Shown here: piece by piece, positions 39,790 to 50,658 of the stretch
Position numbering within the stretch: the stretch's first letter is position 1
Layout: each line of letters opens with the position of its first letter
Assembly (NCBI GenBank): GCA_044225365.1
Contig: JBGAIQ010000001.1
Coordinates: forward strand, 128,001 to 192,000
Length of the DNA stretch: 64,000 nt
Direction of reading: 5' to 3'
From: Planctomycetota bacterium
Lineage (GTDB): Bacteria > Planctomycetota > B15-G4 > JADJEK01
The notes under the pieces: model-generated
The model's input: only the letters and a program-made list of their open reading frames with translations
Database searches by the model: none
Told to the model about the DNA's origin: nothing
Made by a program: the position numbers and the translations under genes

Positions 39790-40901
39790 GCATCCGCGTC
39801 ACCATGCTGTGCGCCGATCTCGCGGTCGGCGGAATCCAATCGATGGTGAACGCCCTCGGTCGGGGACTGAGTCACGGCGAATTCGAGGTGTCGTTCGTCT
39901 GTTTCGACAAGGAAGGCGCCATCGCCGAACACCTCGCGCGCGATGGATTCGAGGTGCGGTTCGTTCCGAGGCGACCCGGTTTCGATCGAGCCCTTCCGAG
40001 GGCACTCCGGAGGACGTTCGCGTCGCTCCGGACGGACATCGTCCACGCCCACAATCGCACGGCCTTGTTCTACGGCGTACTCGCTCGTGGACTGTCGTCC
40101 CACCCTCGACTCGTCTACACCGAGCACGATCGCTCTTTCCCCGAAGTGTTGAAGGTGCGGCTGCTCCACTCGATCCTCGCGCGGCGCATCGATGCCGTCG
40201 CCGCCGTCGCCACCGCCGTCGCGAATGCAATCGTCGCCACCGAGAGGTTTCCCCGCGGCAAGACCGAGGTCATCGTGAACGGGGTCGCCGATCCGGCGAC
40301 GGATCTCTCGCCCGACCAAGCGCGGCGGGAGATCCGCGAGGAATTCGGGATCCCGAGCGGACGGCGTCTCGTGCTGGCGATCGGTCACCTGACACCGGTG
40401 AAGGATCATGCGACGCTGCTCGACGCGATCGCGCGGATGTCGCCGGCGACGCGACCCTTCGTCCTCATCGCAGGAGACGGAGAATTGCGCGAATCACTCG
40501 AAGCGCAGCGTGCGAGTTCGTCGCTGCAGGAGTGCGTTGCGCTCCCGGGATACCGCGCGGACATCCCGCGCCTGCTCCGCGCCGCAGATCTCCTCGTGAT
40601 GCCGAGTCGGTCCGAGGGTTTGTCGCTCGCGCTCGTCGAGGCGGCGGCGCGCGGAGTTCCCATCGTCGCGACCGCGGTCGGCGGCAACTCGGAGGTCGTC
40701 CAAGACGAGGTGAACGGCCTCCTGGTGCCGTCGCGCGATCCGGCAGCGCTCGCGTCAGCGATCGAGCGGCTGTGCGCCGATGACGCGATGCGAGCGCGCA
40801 TGGGGCGCGCGGGGCTCGCGCGCTTCCAGTCACGATTTCGGCTCGACGGGATGATCGCTCGCTACGAAGACCTGTATCGCCGCGTGCTGGCACTCGCGTA
40901 G
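39786..40901 (+). CDS. GT4 glycosyltransferase (TIGR03088-like)
   Basis: GG, DIVHAHN, YTEH, VIVNGV, KDHATLL, PSRSEGLS..LVEA, VATAVGGNSEVV. Confidence 0.85.
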   Translation: MSIRVTMLCADLAVGGIQSMVNALGRGLSHGEFEVSFVCFDKEGAIAEHLARDGFEVRFVPRRPGFDRALPRALRRTFASLRTDIVHAHNRTALFYGVLARGLSSHPRLVYTEHDRSFPEVLKVRLLHSILARRIDAVAAVATAVANAIVATERFPRGKTEVIVNGVADPATDLSPDQARREIREEFGIPSGRRLVLAIGHLTPVKDHATLLDAIARMSPATRPFVLIAGDGELRESLEAQRASSSLQECVALPGYRADIPRLLRAADLLVMPSRSEGLSLALVEAAARGVPIVATAVGGNSEVVQDEVNGLLVPSRDPAALASAIERLCADDAMRARMGRAGLARFQSRFRLDGMIARYEDLYRRVLALA

Positions 40902-40911
40902 GATCGAGACG

Positions 40912-42801
40912 ATGTGCGGAATCGCCGGAATCATCAACCTCCGCGGCGGCAGGCCGATCGAGCGCCGCGAACTCGCCGCGATGACGGATTCGATCCGACA
41001 TCGGGGTCCGGACTCCGATGGGTTCGCGATCGAGGACGGGGTCGGTCTCGCGTTTCGCCGACTCGCGATCATCGACGTCTCCGGCGGCGATCAACCGATC
41101 GTGGCGAGCGACGCCAACGCGGCGATCATCTTCAACGGCGAGCTCTACAACTACCTCGAGATCCGCGACGAACTCCTCGCCAAGGGACATCGTTTCACGA
41201 CAAAGGCGGATACGGAGGTCGTGCTCCGTGGGTACATCGAGTGGGGCGAGGATGCGCTCTGCCGAAAACTGCGCGGCATGTTTGCATTCGCGATCCACGA
41301 TCGGAAGCGCCGCCGAACGATCCTCGTCCGAGATCCGCTCGGCAAGAAACCACTCCATCTGCACGTTCGCGGCGATCGCCTCTACTTCGGATCGGAGATC
41401 AAGGAGTTCCTCGTCGACCCGGAGTTTCCGCGTGCGCTCGACCCCAAGGCGATCCTCGACTATGCGACGCTCGGTTACGTCCTGCGCGAGTCCTCGATCT
41501 TCGGTGCGGTCGAGAAGCTCCTGCCGGGCACCTACGCGGTGGTCGAGAATGGATCGATCAGAAAGGTGCGGTACTGGTCCGCGCCCTTCGAGCCGATCGA
41601 GATCGACTATTCCGCTGCCGTCGAGCGCGCAGCGGCGTTGGTGAAGGACGCGGTCCGTTGTCGTCTCATGTCCGAGGTGCCACTCGGTTGTTTCCTGTCG
41701 GGCGGACTCGACTCGTCGCTCGTCGTCGCGAACATGATCGAGTTCAGTGGGACCGGTCTGAATGCGATCACGGTCGGCTTCGACGAGACCGGGTTCGATG
41801 AGCGCGTTGCGGCCCGCGAGGTCGCTCGTCATGTCGGGATCGTCGCGCAGGAAGAAGTCGTTCATCCCGATCCGAAGATCCTCGACGCGATCGAGTTCAC
41901 CTTCGACGAACCCCACGCCGATCCTTCGGCCGTACCGACGTATCTGCTCTCTCGAGCGACGCGCAAGCGGGTGACCGTCGCTCTCTCGGGCGACGGCGGC
42001 GACGAGTGCTTCGGCGGCTACCGGCGGTATCGGTTCGATCTCGTCGAGAATCGGGTGCGATCTTTCGTGCCGCGTGCGATGCGTGCCGCGATCTTCGGGT
42101 CGCTCGGGCGAATCTGGCCGAAGGCCGACTTCCTCCCCCGACCTCTGCGATTCAAGACGCTGCTCGAGAACCTCGCTCGCGATCCCGTCGAGGCCTACTT
42201 CCGATCCGTGTCACGCGTGCGGCCCGAAGAAGCCGTCGCAATGCTCGATCCCGACCTGCGCGCGCAGATCGCGGGGTATCGCACGGTGGATCGCTACTAT
42301 GCGATCGACAAGGAGCGGAAGACGTCGGATCCGCTCGCTCGGATCCGTTCCCTCGACTTCGAGACGTGGCTCCCCGACGACATCCTCGTCAAGGTGGATC
42401 GCGCGTCGATGGCGAACTCCCTCGAGGTCCGCGCCCCGCTGCTCGATGCCCGGTTGGTCGCGTTCGCGAGCGGCCTGCCTCCCGAATACCTGATCGCCGG
42501 CGGATCGGGGAAGCGGGTGTTGAAGGATGCCGCTCGGAAGTTCCTCCCGAGCGAGGTCATCGATCGCAAGAAGCACGGTTTCGACCTGCCGGTGAAGCGC
42601 TGGCTCGCCGGACCGCTTGCGGAGGAGATCGATTCCCTGTCGAGGCCGGGCTCGAGCCTCGCGGGTCGATTCGACCTCGCGCGCGTCGCGAGCGTGACGG
42701 CCGAGCATCGACGCGGCCTCCGAGATCGCACCGCCGAGCTGTGGATGCTCCTCATGTTCTCGCGCTTCGCGCGAAGGTATGCCGACGGGCGAGCCACGTG
42801 A
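40912..42801 (+). CDS. asnB: Asparagine synthase-like glutamine amidotransferase (glycan amidation)
   Basis: MCGIAG, HRGPD, RRLAIID, FNGELYN, LSGGLDSS, SGDGGDE, KVDRASMANSLEVRAPLLD. Confidence 0.9.
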   Translation: MCGIAGIINLRGGRPIERRELAAMTDSIRHRGPDSDGFAIEDGVGLAFRRLAIIDVSGGDQPIVASDANAAIIFNGELYNYLEIRDELLAKGHRFTTKADTEVVLRGYIEWGEDALCRKLRGMFAFAIHDRKRRRTILVRDPLGKKPLHLHVRGDRLYFGSEIKEFLVDPEFPRALDPKAILDYATLGYVLRESSIFGAVEKLLPGTYAVVENGSIRKVRYWSAPFEPIEIDYSAAVERAAALVKDAVRCRLMSEVPLGCFLSGGLDSSLVVANMIEFSGTGLNAITVGFDETGFDERVAAREVARHVGIVAQEEVVHPDPKILDAIEFTFDEPHADPSAVPTYLLSRATRKRVTVALSGDGGDECFGGYRRYRFDLVENRVRSFVPRAMRAAIFGSLGRIWPKADFLPRPLRFKTLLENLARDPVEAYFRSVSRVRPEEAVAMLDPDLRAQIAGYRTVDRYYAIDKERKTSDPLARIRSLDFETWLPDDILVKVDRASMANSLEVRAPLLDARLVAFASGLPPEYLIAGGSGKRVLKDAARKFLPSEVIDRKKHGFDLPVKRWLAGPLAEEIDSLSRPGSSLAGRFDLARVASVTAEHRRGLRDRTAELWMLLMFSRFARRYADGRAT

Positions 42802-43976
42802 AGCTGCTCACGCTGACGTCGTTGTTCCCCAGTTCGACGCAGCCGCGTCACGGCGTGTTCGTGCGCGAGCGACTGCAAGATCTGCGAGCGCGTCACAATG
42901 TCGAGATCCGCGTCCTCTCGCCCGTGCCCTTCTGGCCCAGATTCCTCCCGTCGGCGAAGTATGGCGCATTCGCCAGCACACCGCGACACGAAGTGTTCGA
43001 GGGCTTCGACATCGAGCATCCCCGCTATCTCATGATCCCGTCGATCGGCGTGCCGATGCAGGGAGTGCTCTACGAGAAGGGCGTTCGCGGAACGGCGCGA
43101 CGGATGCACCTCGAGAACGGTTTCGACGCGATCGACGCGCACTACGCGTATCCCGATGGCTTCGCCGCAGCGTTGTTGAAGCAGCGGCTCGGACTTCCCC
43201 TCGTGCTGACGGTTCGGGGAACCGACGTCAATCTGTTGCCGAAGCAGGCCTCGCTCGCGTCGCAGATCCGATTCGCCCTGAGGACCGCGGATCGGGTCGT
43301 GGCGGTCGCGCAGTCGCTGAGGGATCTCGCGATCGAAGCGGGCGCCGATCCAGCGAAGACCGTGGTGCTTCGCAACGGCGTCGACTCGACGAAGTTCCGC
43401 CCGCTCGACGCATCCGAGTGTCGCCTCGCGCTCGATCTTCCCGCGGGCCGCAAGATCGTCGTCGTCGTGGGTTTCCTGGTGCCACGCAAGGGTCACGCGC
43501 TGATCATCGATGCGCTCGCGACGATCGATCCCGACCGCCGTCCGTTCCTCGTCATCGCGGGGGACGGGCCGGAGGAATCCGCACTGCGAGAGCGCGTCGC
43601 CTCGAGCGGAGTCGCCGCCGACGTGCGATTCCTCGGTGGCGTGGCTCACGCGGAGTTGTCGCGAGTGTATTCGGCCGCCGACGTATCGCTGCTGGCATCC
43701 GATCGCGAAGGCTGGCCGAACGTCCTCCTCGAATCGATGGCGTGTGGCACTCCCGTCGTGGCAACGGCGGTTCACGGAGTGCCCGAGGTGATCACGGCGC
43801 CGTTCCTGGGGCGGCTCGTCACCGAGCGAACGCCGAAGGCGTTTGCGGCGGCGTTCGTCGATGCGCTGGCGACCGACTTCGATCGCGGTCGAATCCGCGC
43901 CCATGCGGAGACGATGGATTGGAAAGAGACCTCGGACGGGCTCGCCGCGATCTTCGGGGACGTGGGGCGGCGATGA
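42798..43976 (+). CDS. GT4 glycosyltransferase (TuaC-like)
   Basis: LFP....P.HG.FV..R, DAHYAYPDG, RGTD, NGVD, KG, S.REGWPNVLLESMACG.PVV. Confidence 0.87.
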   Translation: MKLLTLTSLFPSSTQPRHGVFVRERLQDLRARHNVEIRVLSPVPFWPRFLPSAKYGAFASTPRHEVFEGFDIEHPRYLMIPSIGVPMQGVLYEKGVRGTARRMHLENGFDAIDAHYAYPDGFAAALLKQRLGLPLVLTVRGTDVNLLPKQASLASQIRFALRTADRVVAVAQSLRDLAIEAGADPAKTVVLRNGVDSTKFRPLDASECRLALDLPAGRKIVVVVGFLVPRKGHALIIDALATIDPDRRPFLVIAGDGPEESALRERVASSGVAADVRFLGGVAHAELSRVYSAADVSLLASDREGWPNVLLESMACGTPVVATAVHGVPEVITAPFLGRLVTERTPKAFAAAFVDALATDFDRGRIRAHAETMDWKETSDGLAAIFGDVGRR

Positions 43977-45160
43977 GGATCCTCTATCACCATCGAACCG
44001 CGTCGCGCGACGGACAGGAAGTGCACATTCGTGAACTGATCGCGGCGTTTCGTGCGCTCGGTCACGAGGTCCTCGTCGTGGCCCCCGGGGGCGATCCCAC
44101 GGCGACGATTGGCGAGGGCACGGGCGACATGGGCGGAAGTCGCAAGGGACTCGGCGCGCTCCGCGCCTTGGTGCCCGACTTCCTGATGCCGCTCGCGAAC
44201 GCGGCGTACTCCACGCTCTTCAAGCGCAAGATCCTGACGGCGGGACGTCGGTTCCGCCCCGATGTCGTCTACGAACGTCACGCGTTGAACAATACCGTGG
44301 GCCGCGATACGGCGCGGGCACTCGGCGTTCCGCTCCTACTCGAGGTCAACGCGCCGCTCTCACGAGAGGAATTCGAGCAGAAGCGACTCCATTCCCTCGA
44401 GCCGGCCTTGTCGCGGGAGATGTCCGTCGTGCGCGACGCGGGCATCGTGTTCGCCGTGACCGACGTCCTGAAGCGGATCCTGATCGAGGATGGAGTATCG
44501 CCGGAGCGGATCGAAGTCGTCCACAACGGGGCTTCGAGCGAACTCTTGAACGCCCCCGTCGATCGTTCGCGGCGCCAGGAATTTGCACCCTGCTCCGAGA
44601 TCGTCCTCGGTTTCGTTGGGTTTCCGCGACCGTGGCACGGCCTCGATCGGATCCTGCGCGTGCTCGCGAGTGCGCGTAGCGAAGCGCTCGCCAGGACTCG
44701 TTTCGTCGTGGCGGGCGAAGGACCCGCCGTCGGAGATCTCGCGCGCATTTCCGAGGAGCTGCGTCTCGCCGAACGCGTGCGTTTCATCGGCGTGTTGGGA
44801 CGATGCGAAGTGCTCTCCTTCCTCGATGCGATCGACATCGGTCTGCAGCCGGCGGCCACGCGTTACGCTTCGCCCCTCAAGCTGTTCGAGTATCTCGCTC
44901 GGAGTGTTCCGGTGATCGCGCCGCGCCAGCCGAACATCGAGGAGATCGTGGTGGACGAGCGGTCGGCACTCTTGTTCGATCCTCGGGCTCCCGGCGATCT
45001 CGAGCGACAGCTCGTGCGACTCGTCGAGGATACCGACCTACGGCGGCGAATCGCTGCGGGCGGACGCTCGCGCATCGACGAAGCCGGCTTCACCTGGAGC
45101 AAGAACGCCGAGCGTATCGCACGGGCGGCGCAGCGCCTCGTCTCCTCGAGGACTCCATGA
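43973..45160 (+). CDS. GT4 glycosyltransferase
   Basis: MRILYHHR..S.DGQ.VHI, YER, LEVNAPL, GF.R.WHGL, YASPLKLFEYL. Confidence 0.87.
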   Translation: MRILYHHRTASRDGQEVHIRELIAAFRALGHEVLVVAPGGDPTATIGEGTGDMGGSRKGLGALRALVPDFLMPLANAAYSTLFKRKILTAGRRFRPDVVYERHALNNTVGRDTARALGVPLLLEVNAPLSREEFEQKRLHSLEPALSREMSVVRDAGIVFAVTDVLKRILIEDGVSPERIEVVHNGASSELLNAPVDRSRRQEFAPCSEIVLGFVGFPRPWHGLDRILRVLASARSEALARTRFVVAGEGPAVGDLARISEELRLAERVRFIGVLGRCEVLSFLDAIDIGLQPAATRYASPLKLFEYLARSVPVIAPRQPNIEEIVVDERSALLFDPRAPGDLERQLVRLVEDTDLRRRIAAGGRSRIDEAGFTWSKNAERIARAAQRLVSSRTP

Positions 45161-46026
45161 TCGTAACGACTCCGCTCGCGCTCGAGAGGTCTTCGCTCGC
45201 CCACGCGCTCTCGTTCGATGTCGAGGAGTACTTCCACGCCTTGAACCTACGGCCCGTCGCACCCGCCGACCAATGGGAGGGACTCGAGCGCCGAGTCGCG
45301 GCGACGACGCGGCAGATCCTCGTCCAACTCCGACAGCACGAGGTGAAAGCGACGTTCTTCTTCCTCGGATGGGTTGTGAAGCGGGATCCGAAACTCGTCC
45401 GCGAAGTCCATGCCGAGGGACACGAGATCGCTTCCCATGGAATGACTCACCAGATGGCCGGCGAACTCGGCCCTGTTGCGTTCCGCCAGGAGGCGATCGA
45501 ATCGAAGACGATCCTCGAGGATGCGATCGGTGCGAGCATCGCGGGCTTCCGGGCCTCGACGTTCTCGATCACGGAGAGTACGTCGTGGGCGCTCGAAATC
45601 CTCGCGGAAGTGGGATACCGCTACGACTCGAGCATCTTCCCAGTGCGGCACGATCGCTACGGGTGGCCCGAGTTCTCACGCTTCCCGGTGCGCGTCGCGA
45701 CCCGATCGGGCCCGCTCGTCGAACTGCCGATGCTGACGTGGCGAATCCTCGGCACGAATCTGCCCGCAGCCGGCGGCGGCTATCTGCGGCTCCTTCCGCT
45801 CGCTCTCGTGAATCGTGCGCTGATGCAGTCGAACGAAATCGGGCAGCCCGGGATCCTCTATCTGCATCCCTGGGAATTCGACGCGGGCCAGCCGCGCTTG
45901 CTGGGGGGTGGACTCTCTGCCCTCCGGCACTATCACGGTCTCGATCGAACGAAGGAGAAGCTCGAGCGATTGCTCGAACGGCATCGTTTCGTGCCTTTGA
46001 TCGAGATCGTCGAGCGGCTCGGTTGA
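45157..46026 (+). CDS. Polysaccharide deacetylase, XrtA-system type (TIGR03006/DUF3473-like)
   Basis: SFDVEEYF, ATFF.LGW, HEIASHG..H, GFRA.TFSI, YDSS.FP.RHDRYG, GGGYLR, YLHPWE.D..QPR. Confidence 0.9.
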   Translation: MIVTTPLALERSSLAHALSFDVEEYFHALNLRPVAPADQWEGLERRVAATTRQILVQLRQHEVKATFFFLGWVVKRDPKLVREVHAEGHEIASHGMTHQMAGELGPVAFRQEAIESKTILEDAIGASIAGFRASTFSITESTSWALEILAEVGYRYDSSIFPVRHDRYGWPEFSRFPVRVATRSGPLVELPMLTWRILGTNLPAAGGGYLRLLPLALVNRALMQSNEIGQPGILYLHPWEFDAGQPRLLGGGLSALRHYHGLDRTKEKLERLLERHRFVPLIEIVERLG

Positions 46027-46045
46027 GAACGCGCCGCGCCGTGCG

Positions 46046-49000
46046 TCAGGGCAACCCGCTCTTCGTTTCGAGCAACTCGCGCAGATAGCGCACACGCGGC
46101 GCGAGTCGGAAACCCTCACTGCACTTGCTGAAGGCGAGCTTCGCGTACTCGGGATCGTCGAGCAGGAACGAGATCACGCCCGCGAAATACCAATACTCCT
46201 GACGACCGGACCGCTGTTTCAGCGCCTGAGCGATGTCGATCTTCACCTGATTCAGGCCCTCGCGGATCTGCGAGAGGGGAGTGGCGTCGGCGCTCTTCGG
46301 TCGCGTGTGGCGCGGGCGCAGGAAGTGGAGCTTCGCGAACATGTCCAGGAAGCGCGAATCGTCCGGGGCCAACTGCTTCAGCAAGGGCATGACGCGCAGG
46401 ACCGTGTCGATCTTGTCGCCCCGCCCCTGGAGCAGGAGGTCGCCGTAGGTGAAGAGCAGCTCGGACTCGCGAGGCGAGAGCGTGCAGAGCAGCTCGAGGT
46501 CCGGGATTCCCGCGGCGTCTCCCTTGAGGCGACGCGAGAGATCGACCCGAAGGCGACGGAGCTGCGAGTGCGACGGATCGACGAGGATCGCGACGTCCGC
46601 GAGTTGCAGCGCGAGCTTCGCATCTCCCGATTTGTCGACGGCGGACACGACCGGTGCGAAATCATCGCCTCGACCCTCGGCATCGGGATCGTTGGGGAGG
46701 ATCTCGATCAGCTTGGTCGCGAGCTGCTTCAACGCGTCCTTCTGTCCCAGTTCCGCGAGCGCACCCGCGAGCAGGGCGGCGCCCGAGTAGAACTTCGGCT
46801 GGATCGCGAGCAGAGGTCCGATCGTGGTGACGATCGTCGGTTTGTCCGTGTTTGGTTGGTTGCAGCGCTGGACGAGGAAAGCCAGGATCGCGGGATCGGC
46901 GCTCCCGCTCGCCTGGATCCTCGATACGGTGTGGGCCACGATCTCGGCGTCGTTCGCCGCTCGGGCGACGTCGGCGAGTACCTTCAGCGCGCGCTCGTTC
47001 TTCGGGTCCTTCGTGAGGACCGTCTCGAGGTCCTTCACCGCTTCGGCGTACTCCTTCTTCCGCAGAGCCGCGATCGCCGCCAAGCGGAACGGTTCGTCCG
47101 AGTTGGGGAAGAGCGTCTTCCCGTTCTGCGCGAGATCGAAGAGGACGTTCGCGTCCTTGTCGGTGGCGTCGAGGAGCCGTCCGAGCTGTCGAAACGTCTC
47201 GAGGTCACCCGGGATCGCCTGGTACTTGTCGGCGAGATACGCCGCTGCGGCGGTCGCTCCATCCTTCTTCTCGATCTCATCGGCGATGTAGCGCGCGGCC
47301 GTCAAGGCCTTGCGATCCGCATTGACGATCTTCTCGGCGAGCGCTCGCGCGTCGGCCTCGAAGCCGCGTCCCGCGAAGCGATAGAGCAAGAAGCGCAAGT
47401 AGGCTTCGTCGATCGAGTCCTCGCCGATCTTCTGGGTCCGCGCTTCGGTCGCGAGCCACGACAACTCGCCTTCGGCGCCGGGCTCGGTGGGTGGCGCGTC
47501 GATCGAGCGACCCGATCGCTGACGAGCCATCCACCACATCGCCTGATCGCTGAGTGGGATCGCCACGTCCTTCATCCGATGTTCGTAGCGGCCGAGGAAC
47601 GTGGCGACGTCTTGCGTATGAGGAGTCAATGCGAAGGCGGCCGCGAGCGGCAGGGCGGCCCAATCGCGCTCGTCCGTGTATTCGCGCGCACTCTGGAGGA
47701 ATCGCGCGGCGTCGGCGGCGCCCTTCTCCTTCAGCGCGATCCCGAACGCGGCGGCGACGACATCGTTTCGCATGCGCCTCGCTCGATCCGGATTCGCGAG
47801 GAGGTCGCGCAAGGGTCCGGCGTCGCCAGCGAGGAACTTGCCGAGCATCCCGCGGGCTTCGAGATTCGAGTCGCTCTCGCCCGGGTAGCGGGGGTGGATG
47901 GCGTCGGCGATCACGCCGACGATCGAGTACTTGCCGAGTGTGGTGAGTTCGTCGAGGAGCGCGTTCACGTCGTCGATCGGAAGCAGGCGAGGCAGCTTCA
48001 CGAACCGATTGGCTTCCTTCAGGAGCTCGGCGTCGGCGTTCGTGTGCGCCATCGCCACGAGCAGAGCGCGATGCAGGTCCGGCGCATTGGGCGACGCGGC
48101 GATCGCTGAGCCCAATGTGCCGACGGCGGCGTCGTACTTGCCATCGGCGAGGCGAACCAAGCCGGTGAGAGCGGCGATTCGCGGGTCCTTGCTGCCGAGA
48201 TGCGGCCCGAGGATCTGGATGGCGCGATCGACGTGGTGCGAGTCGAGACACTCGCGAATCGAGAACTCCATTCCGGCGGTCGCGGGCGCCGCAGCCACGA
48301 GGTCGCGTCGCAGTGCTCGCGCTTCGTCGAGCTGGCCGCTGAGTTCGAGAGCCTCGAACGCTCGCAGCGCGACTTCGGTGTTCGCGGGGTCGCGACTCAG
48401 GATCTCGCGGAAGTCGCGAGCGGCTTCTTGATACAGGCCGAGGTCGAGCCGCAATTCGCCGAGCCGCATGCGCAGCGAGAGGATGTCGGGTTCGGTCGAT
48501 ACGGCCTTGAACAGGAAGTTGCGCGCCTCATCGGTCTCGCCGATCCGACCGAACTCCTGCGAGAGATGCCATGCCATCAGCGGGTCGGTGGCGAGCGAGC
48601 TCTCGAGTTCGAAGATCTGCGCGAACGCCTTCGTGAGGTACTTCGGAGACTGGCGCAACTTGTTGGTCGATTGATAACCCGCTTGGCGATCGAGTTCGGC
48701 GCGCAACTCCGCGAGCTTGGCGAACGCGTTCTTCGTCGCTTCGACCGCGATGTCGTGCGGCGACCGACCGCTGGTGTCCTTCACCTGCTCCGAGACGTCG
48801 ATCCAATGCTGGAAGAGATCGTCGTCGAGCGGCGAGTGCCGCAACGCGACCTTGAGATCCTCGGCGGCTTCGGAGAACCGGCCCGCCTTCTCGTAGAGTT
48901 CCGCCCGACGTTTGCGCAGATCGCTGTCGTTCGACGAGACTTCGAGCAGCGCGTTCGCGAAGAGGATGCCGTCCGCGCGATCTTCGGGGCGATTCGATTT

Positions 49001-50536
49001 GGCCGACGCCTCGAGCATCGATTCGACGAACAGCTTTGCGCGTGCAGGCTGCAGGATGGACGGGTCCTTCGTGCGATTGCTGCGCAGCGCGTCGTAGACG
49101 ACGCGCAGGTACGACAGCGCTCGGACGGGATCGTTCTCGTAACGGAGCGCCGCGACACCGCGATAACCGACGGTACGGAAGTCGAGGTCGAAGTAGCTGC
49201 GTCCCTCCGGTCGTCGCTTCGTCGGATCGAGATGGGCGTCGGCTTCCTCCATGAACATCTTGCTCAACTCCGGCTGGGCTTCGCCCGCGAAGAAGAGCGC
49301 TTCGAAGTAATCGGCCTTGACCGGGAGGGGCGCGGCCTCACCGCCGTTCGCGGTGATCAGTTCCTTGCGATAGAGGGCGCTTTCGTACGCGGCGCCCGCT
49401 TCCTCGGTGAGCTTCGCCAGGAACTCGAGCGCCACGCGCCGTTCGTTCGGGGGCTGCGGCGTCGCGAGCAGAGTCTGGAGTTCCTCCTTCGCCCGCAGGA
49501 ATCGACCGAGTCGCAGATCGATCTCGGCTCGCGTGAGTCGCGCTTCGAGGATGCGGTTCACGTCCGTCGTGCGGATGTCGCCGAGCTTGATGTCCGCTTC
49601 CTGCAGGAGAGTCCACGCGGTATCGAGCTTCTTGTCGACCTCCTGTCGCATCCGCTCGGACGACAATCCCTCGACGAGGATTCGCCGAGCTTCCGATTTC
49701 GGAGTCGGGGAACGCAGGTGCTCGGCGAGGCGCTTGCTGACCCCCACGCGGTCGGGGTGATTCTGTTCGAGGAGCGCCCTGAGCCCGACGAGGCCGAACC
49801 CGGCATTTCCATCGATCAAGTAGTCCACGTACATGACGCGAAGGTTCGCGGCGGAGAACACGAGCGTTCCGTGGGTCGCGAGCAGGCGATGCTGCATCGC
49901 GCGATCGAGCTCTGCGATTGCTTCCTGTCCGTTGCCGAGCACGAGCATCCACAGCGTCTTGTTGCGCAGACAATTCGTGTAGGCGCTGAGGACCTCGCTC
50001 AGCTTCTGTAGTAGGGCGGCGTCTTGCGGGCTCTTCGACCACTTCTCGTCGGCGTCGAGCATGCGTCGACGCCATCCATCGGTTGCGAAGGACAGATGCT
50101 CGATCGCCTTCTGGTGCATCCCGAGGCTCCAGGCCGTGTAGCCTTGGAACTCGGCGAGCTGGAGGTCTTCGGGATCCTCGGCGCGTGCCTTGTCGTACGC
50201 CAGGTTCGCCTCGGTGTACTTCCCGGAGTTGAACAGGTCGCGTGCCTTCTTCGACCAATCGACCGTCTCGTCATGCGTCGTGAAGGTGAACACGACGAGC
50301 GCGATTCCAGCGAGGCCGTGAGTGACGGCGCCCCAATTCGGGAGGGCGAGCAGACTCGAGAGGTAGAGCAGGGTGAACGGAGCGATCACCTTGGGATCGG
50401 GCCCGCGGATGGCGAGGAGGATCGCAGACACGATGAGTGCGAGGGCCAGCGCGCCGAAGCGGCGCTTGGAGTACAGCGCGTAGGCGGCGATCGCGGCTAC
50501 TGCGCCGCTGGCGATCCAGAGAGTCGTGGGCGACAT
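46046..50536 (-). CDS. Giant membrane-anchored TPR-repeat protein (1496 aa)
   Basis: About four N-terminal hydrophobic segments, then all-helical TPR-like repeats (A..A.....P.(D/N)) to the C-terminus; coding-like codon bias. Confidence 0.85.
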   Translation of the reverse strand: MSPTTLWIASGAVAAIAAYALYSKRRFGALALALIVSAILLAIRGPDPKVIAPFTLLYLSSLLALPNWGAVTHGLAGIALVVFTFTTHDETVDWSKKARDLFNSGKYTEANLAYDKARAEDPEDLQLAEFQGYTAWSLGMHQKAIEHLSFATDGWRRRMLDADEKWSKSPQDAALLQKLSEVLSAYTNCLRNKTLWMLVLGNGQEAIAELDRAMQHRLLATHGTLVFSAANLRVMYVDYLIDGNAGFGLVGLRALLEQNHPDRVGVSKRLAEHLRSPTPKSEARRILVEGLSSERMRQEVDKKLDTAWTLLQEADIKLGDIRTTDVNRILEARLTRAEIDLRLGRFLRAKEELQTLLATPQPPNERRVALEFLAKLTEEAGAAYESALYRKELITANGGEAAPLPVKADYFEALFFAGEAQPELSKMFMEEADAHLDPTKRRPEGRSYFDLDFRTVGYRGVAALRYENDPVRALSYLRVVYDALRSNRTKDPSILQPARAKLFVESMLEASAKSNRPEDRADGILFANALLEVSSNDSDLRKRRAELYEKAGRFSEAAEDLKVALRHSPLDDDLFQHWIDVSEQVKDTSGRSPHDIAVEATKNAFAKLAELRAELDRQAGYQSTNKLRQSPKYLTKAFAQIFELESSLATDPLMAWHLSQEFGRIGETDEARNFLFKAVSTEPDILSLRMRLGELRLDLGLYQEAARDFREILSRDPANTEVALRAFEALELSGQLDEARALRRDLVAAAPATAGMEFSIRECLDSHHVDRAIQILGPHLGSKDPRIAALTGLVRLADGKYDAAVGTLGSAIAASPNAPDLHRALLVAMAHTNADAELLKEANRFVKLPRLLPIDDVNALLDELTTLGKYSIVGVIADAIHPRYPGESDSNLEARGMLGKFLAGDAGPLRDLLANPDRARRMRNDVVAAAFGIALKEKGAADAARFLQSAREYTDERDWAALPLAAAFALTPHTQDVATFLGRYEHRMKDVAIPLSDQAMWWMARQRSGRSIDAPPTEPGAEGELSWLATEARTQKIGEDSIDEAYLRFLLYRFAGRGFEADARALAEKIVNADRKALTAARYIADEIEKKDGATAAAAYLADKYQAIPGDLETFRQLGRLLDATDKDANVLFDLAQNGKTLFPNSDEPFRLAAIAALRKKEYAEAVKDLETVLTKDPKNERALKVLADVARAANDAEIVAHTVSRIQASGSADPAILAFLVQRCNQPNTDKPTIVTTIGPLLAIQPKFYSGAALLAGALAELGQKDALKQLATKLIEILPNDPDAEGRGDDFAPVVSAVDKSGDAKLALQLADVAILVDPSHSQLRRLRVDLSRRLKGDAAGIPDLELLCTLSPRESELLFTYGDLLLQGRGDKIDTVLRVMPLLKQLAPDDSRFLDMFAKLHFLRPRHTRPKSADATPLSQIREGLNQVKIDIAQALKQRSGRQEYWYFAGVISFLLDDPEYAKLAFSKCSEGFRLAPRVRYLRELLETKSGLP

Positions 50537-50658
50537 GAGACTTGCGCTACTCGAGAGCTTCTCGACGCTCCCGCTCCTCTACTTGTAACTCACGAGCGAT
50601 CGATTCCTCGATCCGTACGCGACGACGCGCTTCCATCGAGCGCGTCCCGCGTTCGCAG

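Noticed and set aside
50560-50590. Additional copy of the sigma-28-like motif upstream of the giant TPR gene (ACAAG-N14-GTCGAGA)
   Set aside because: Both halves and the spacing deviate from the other copies; not counted
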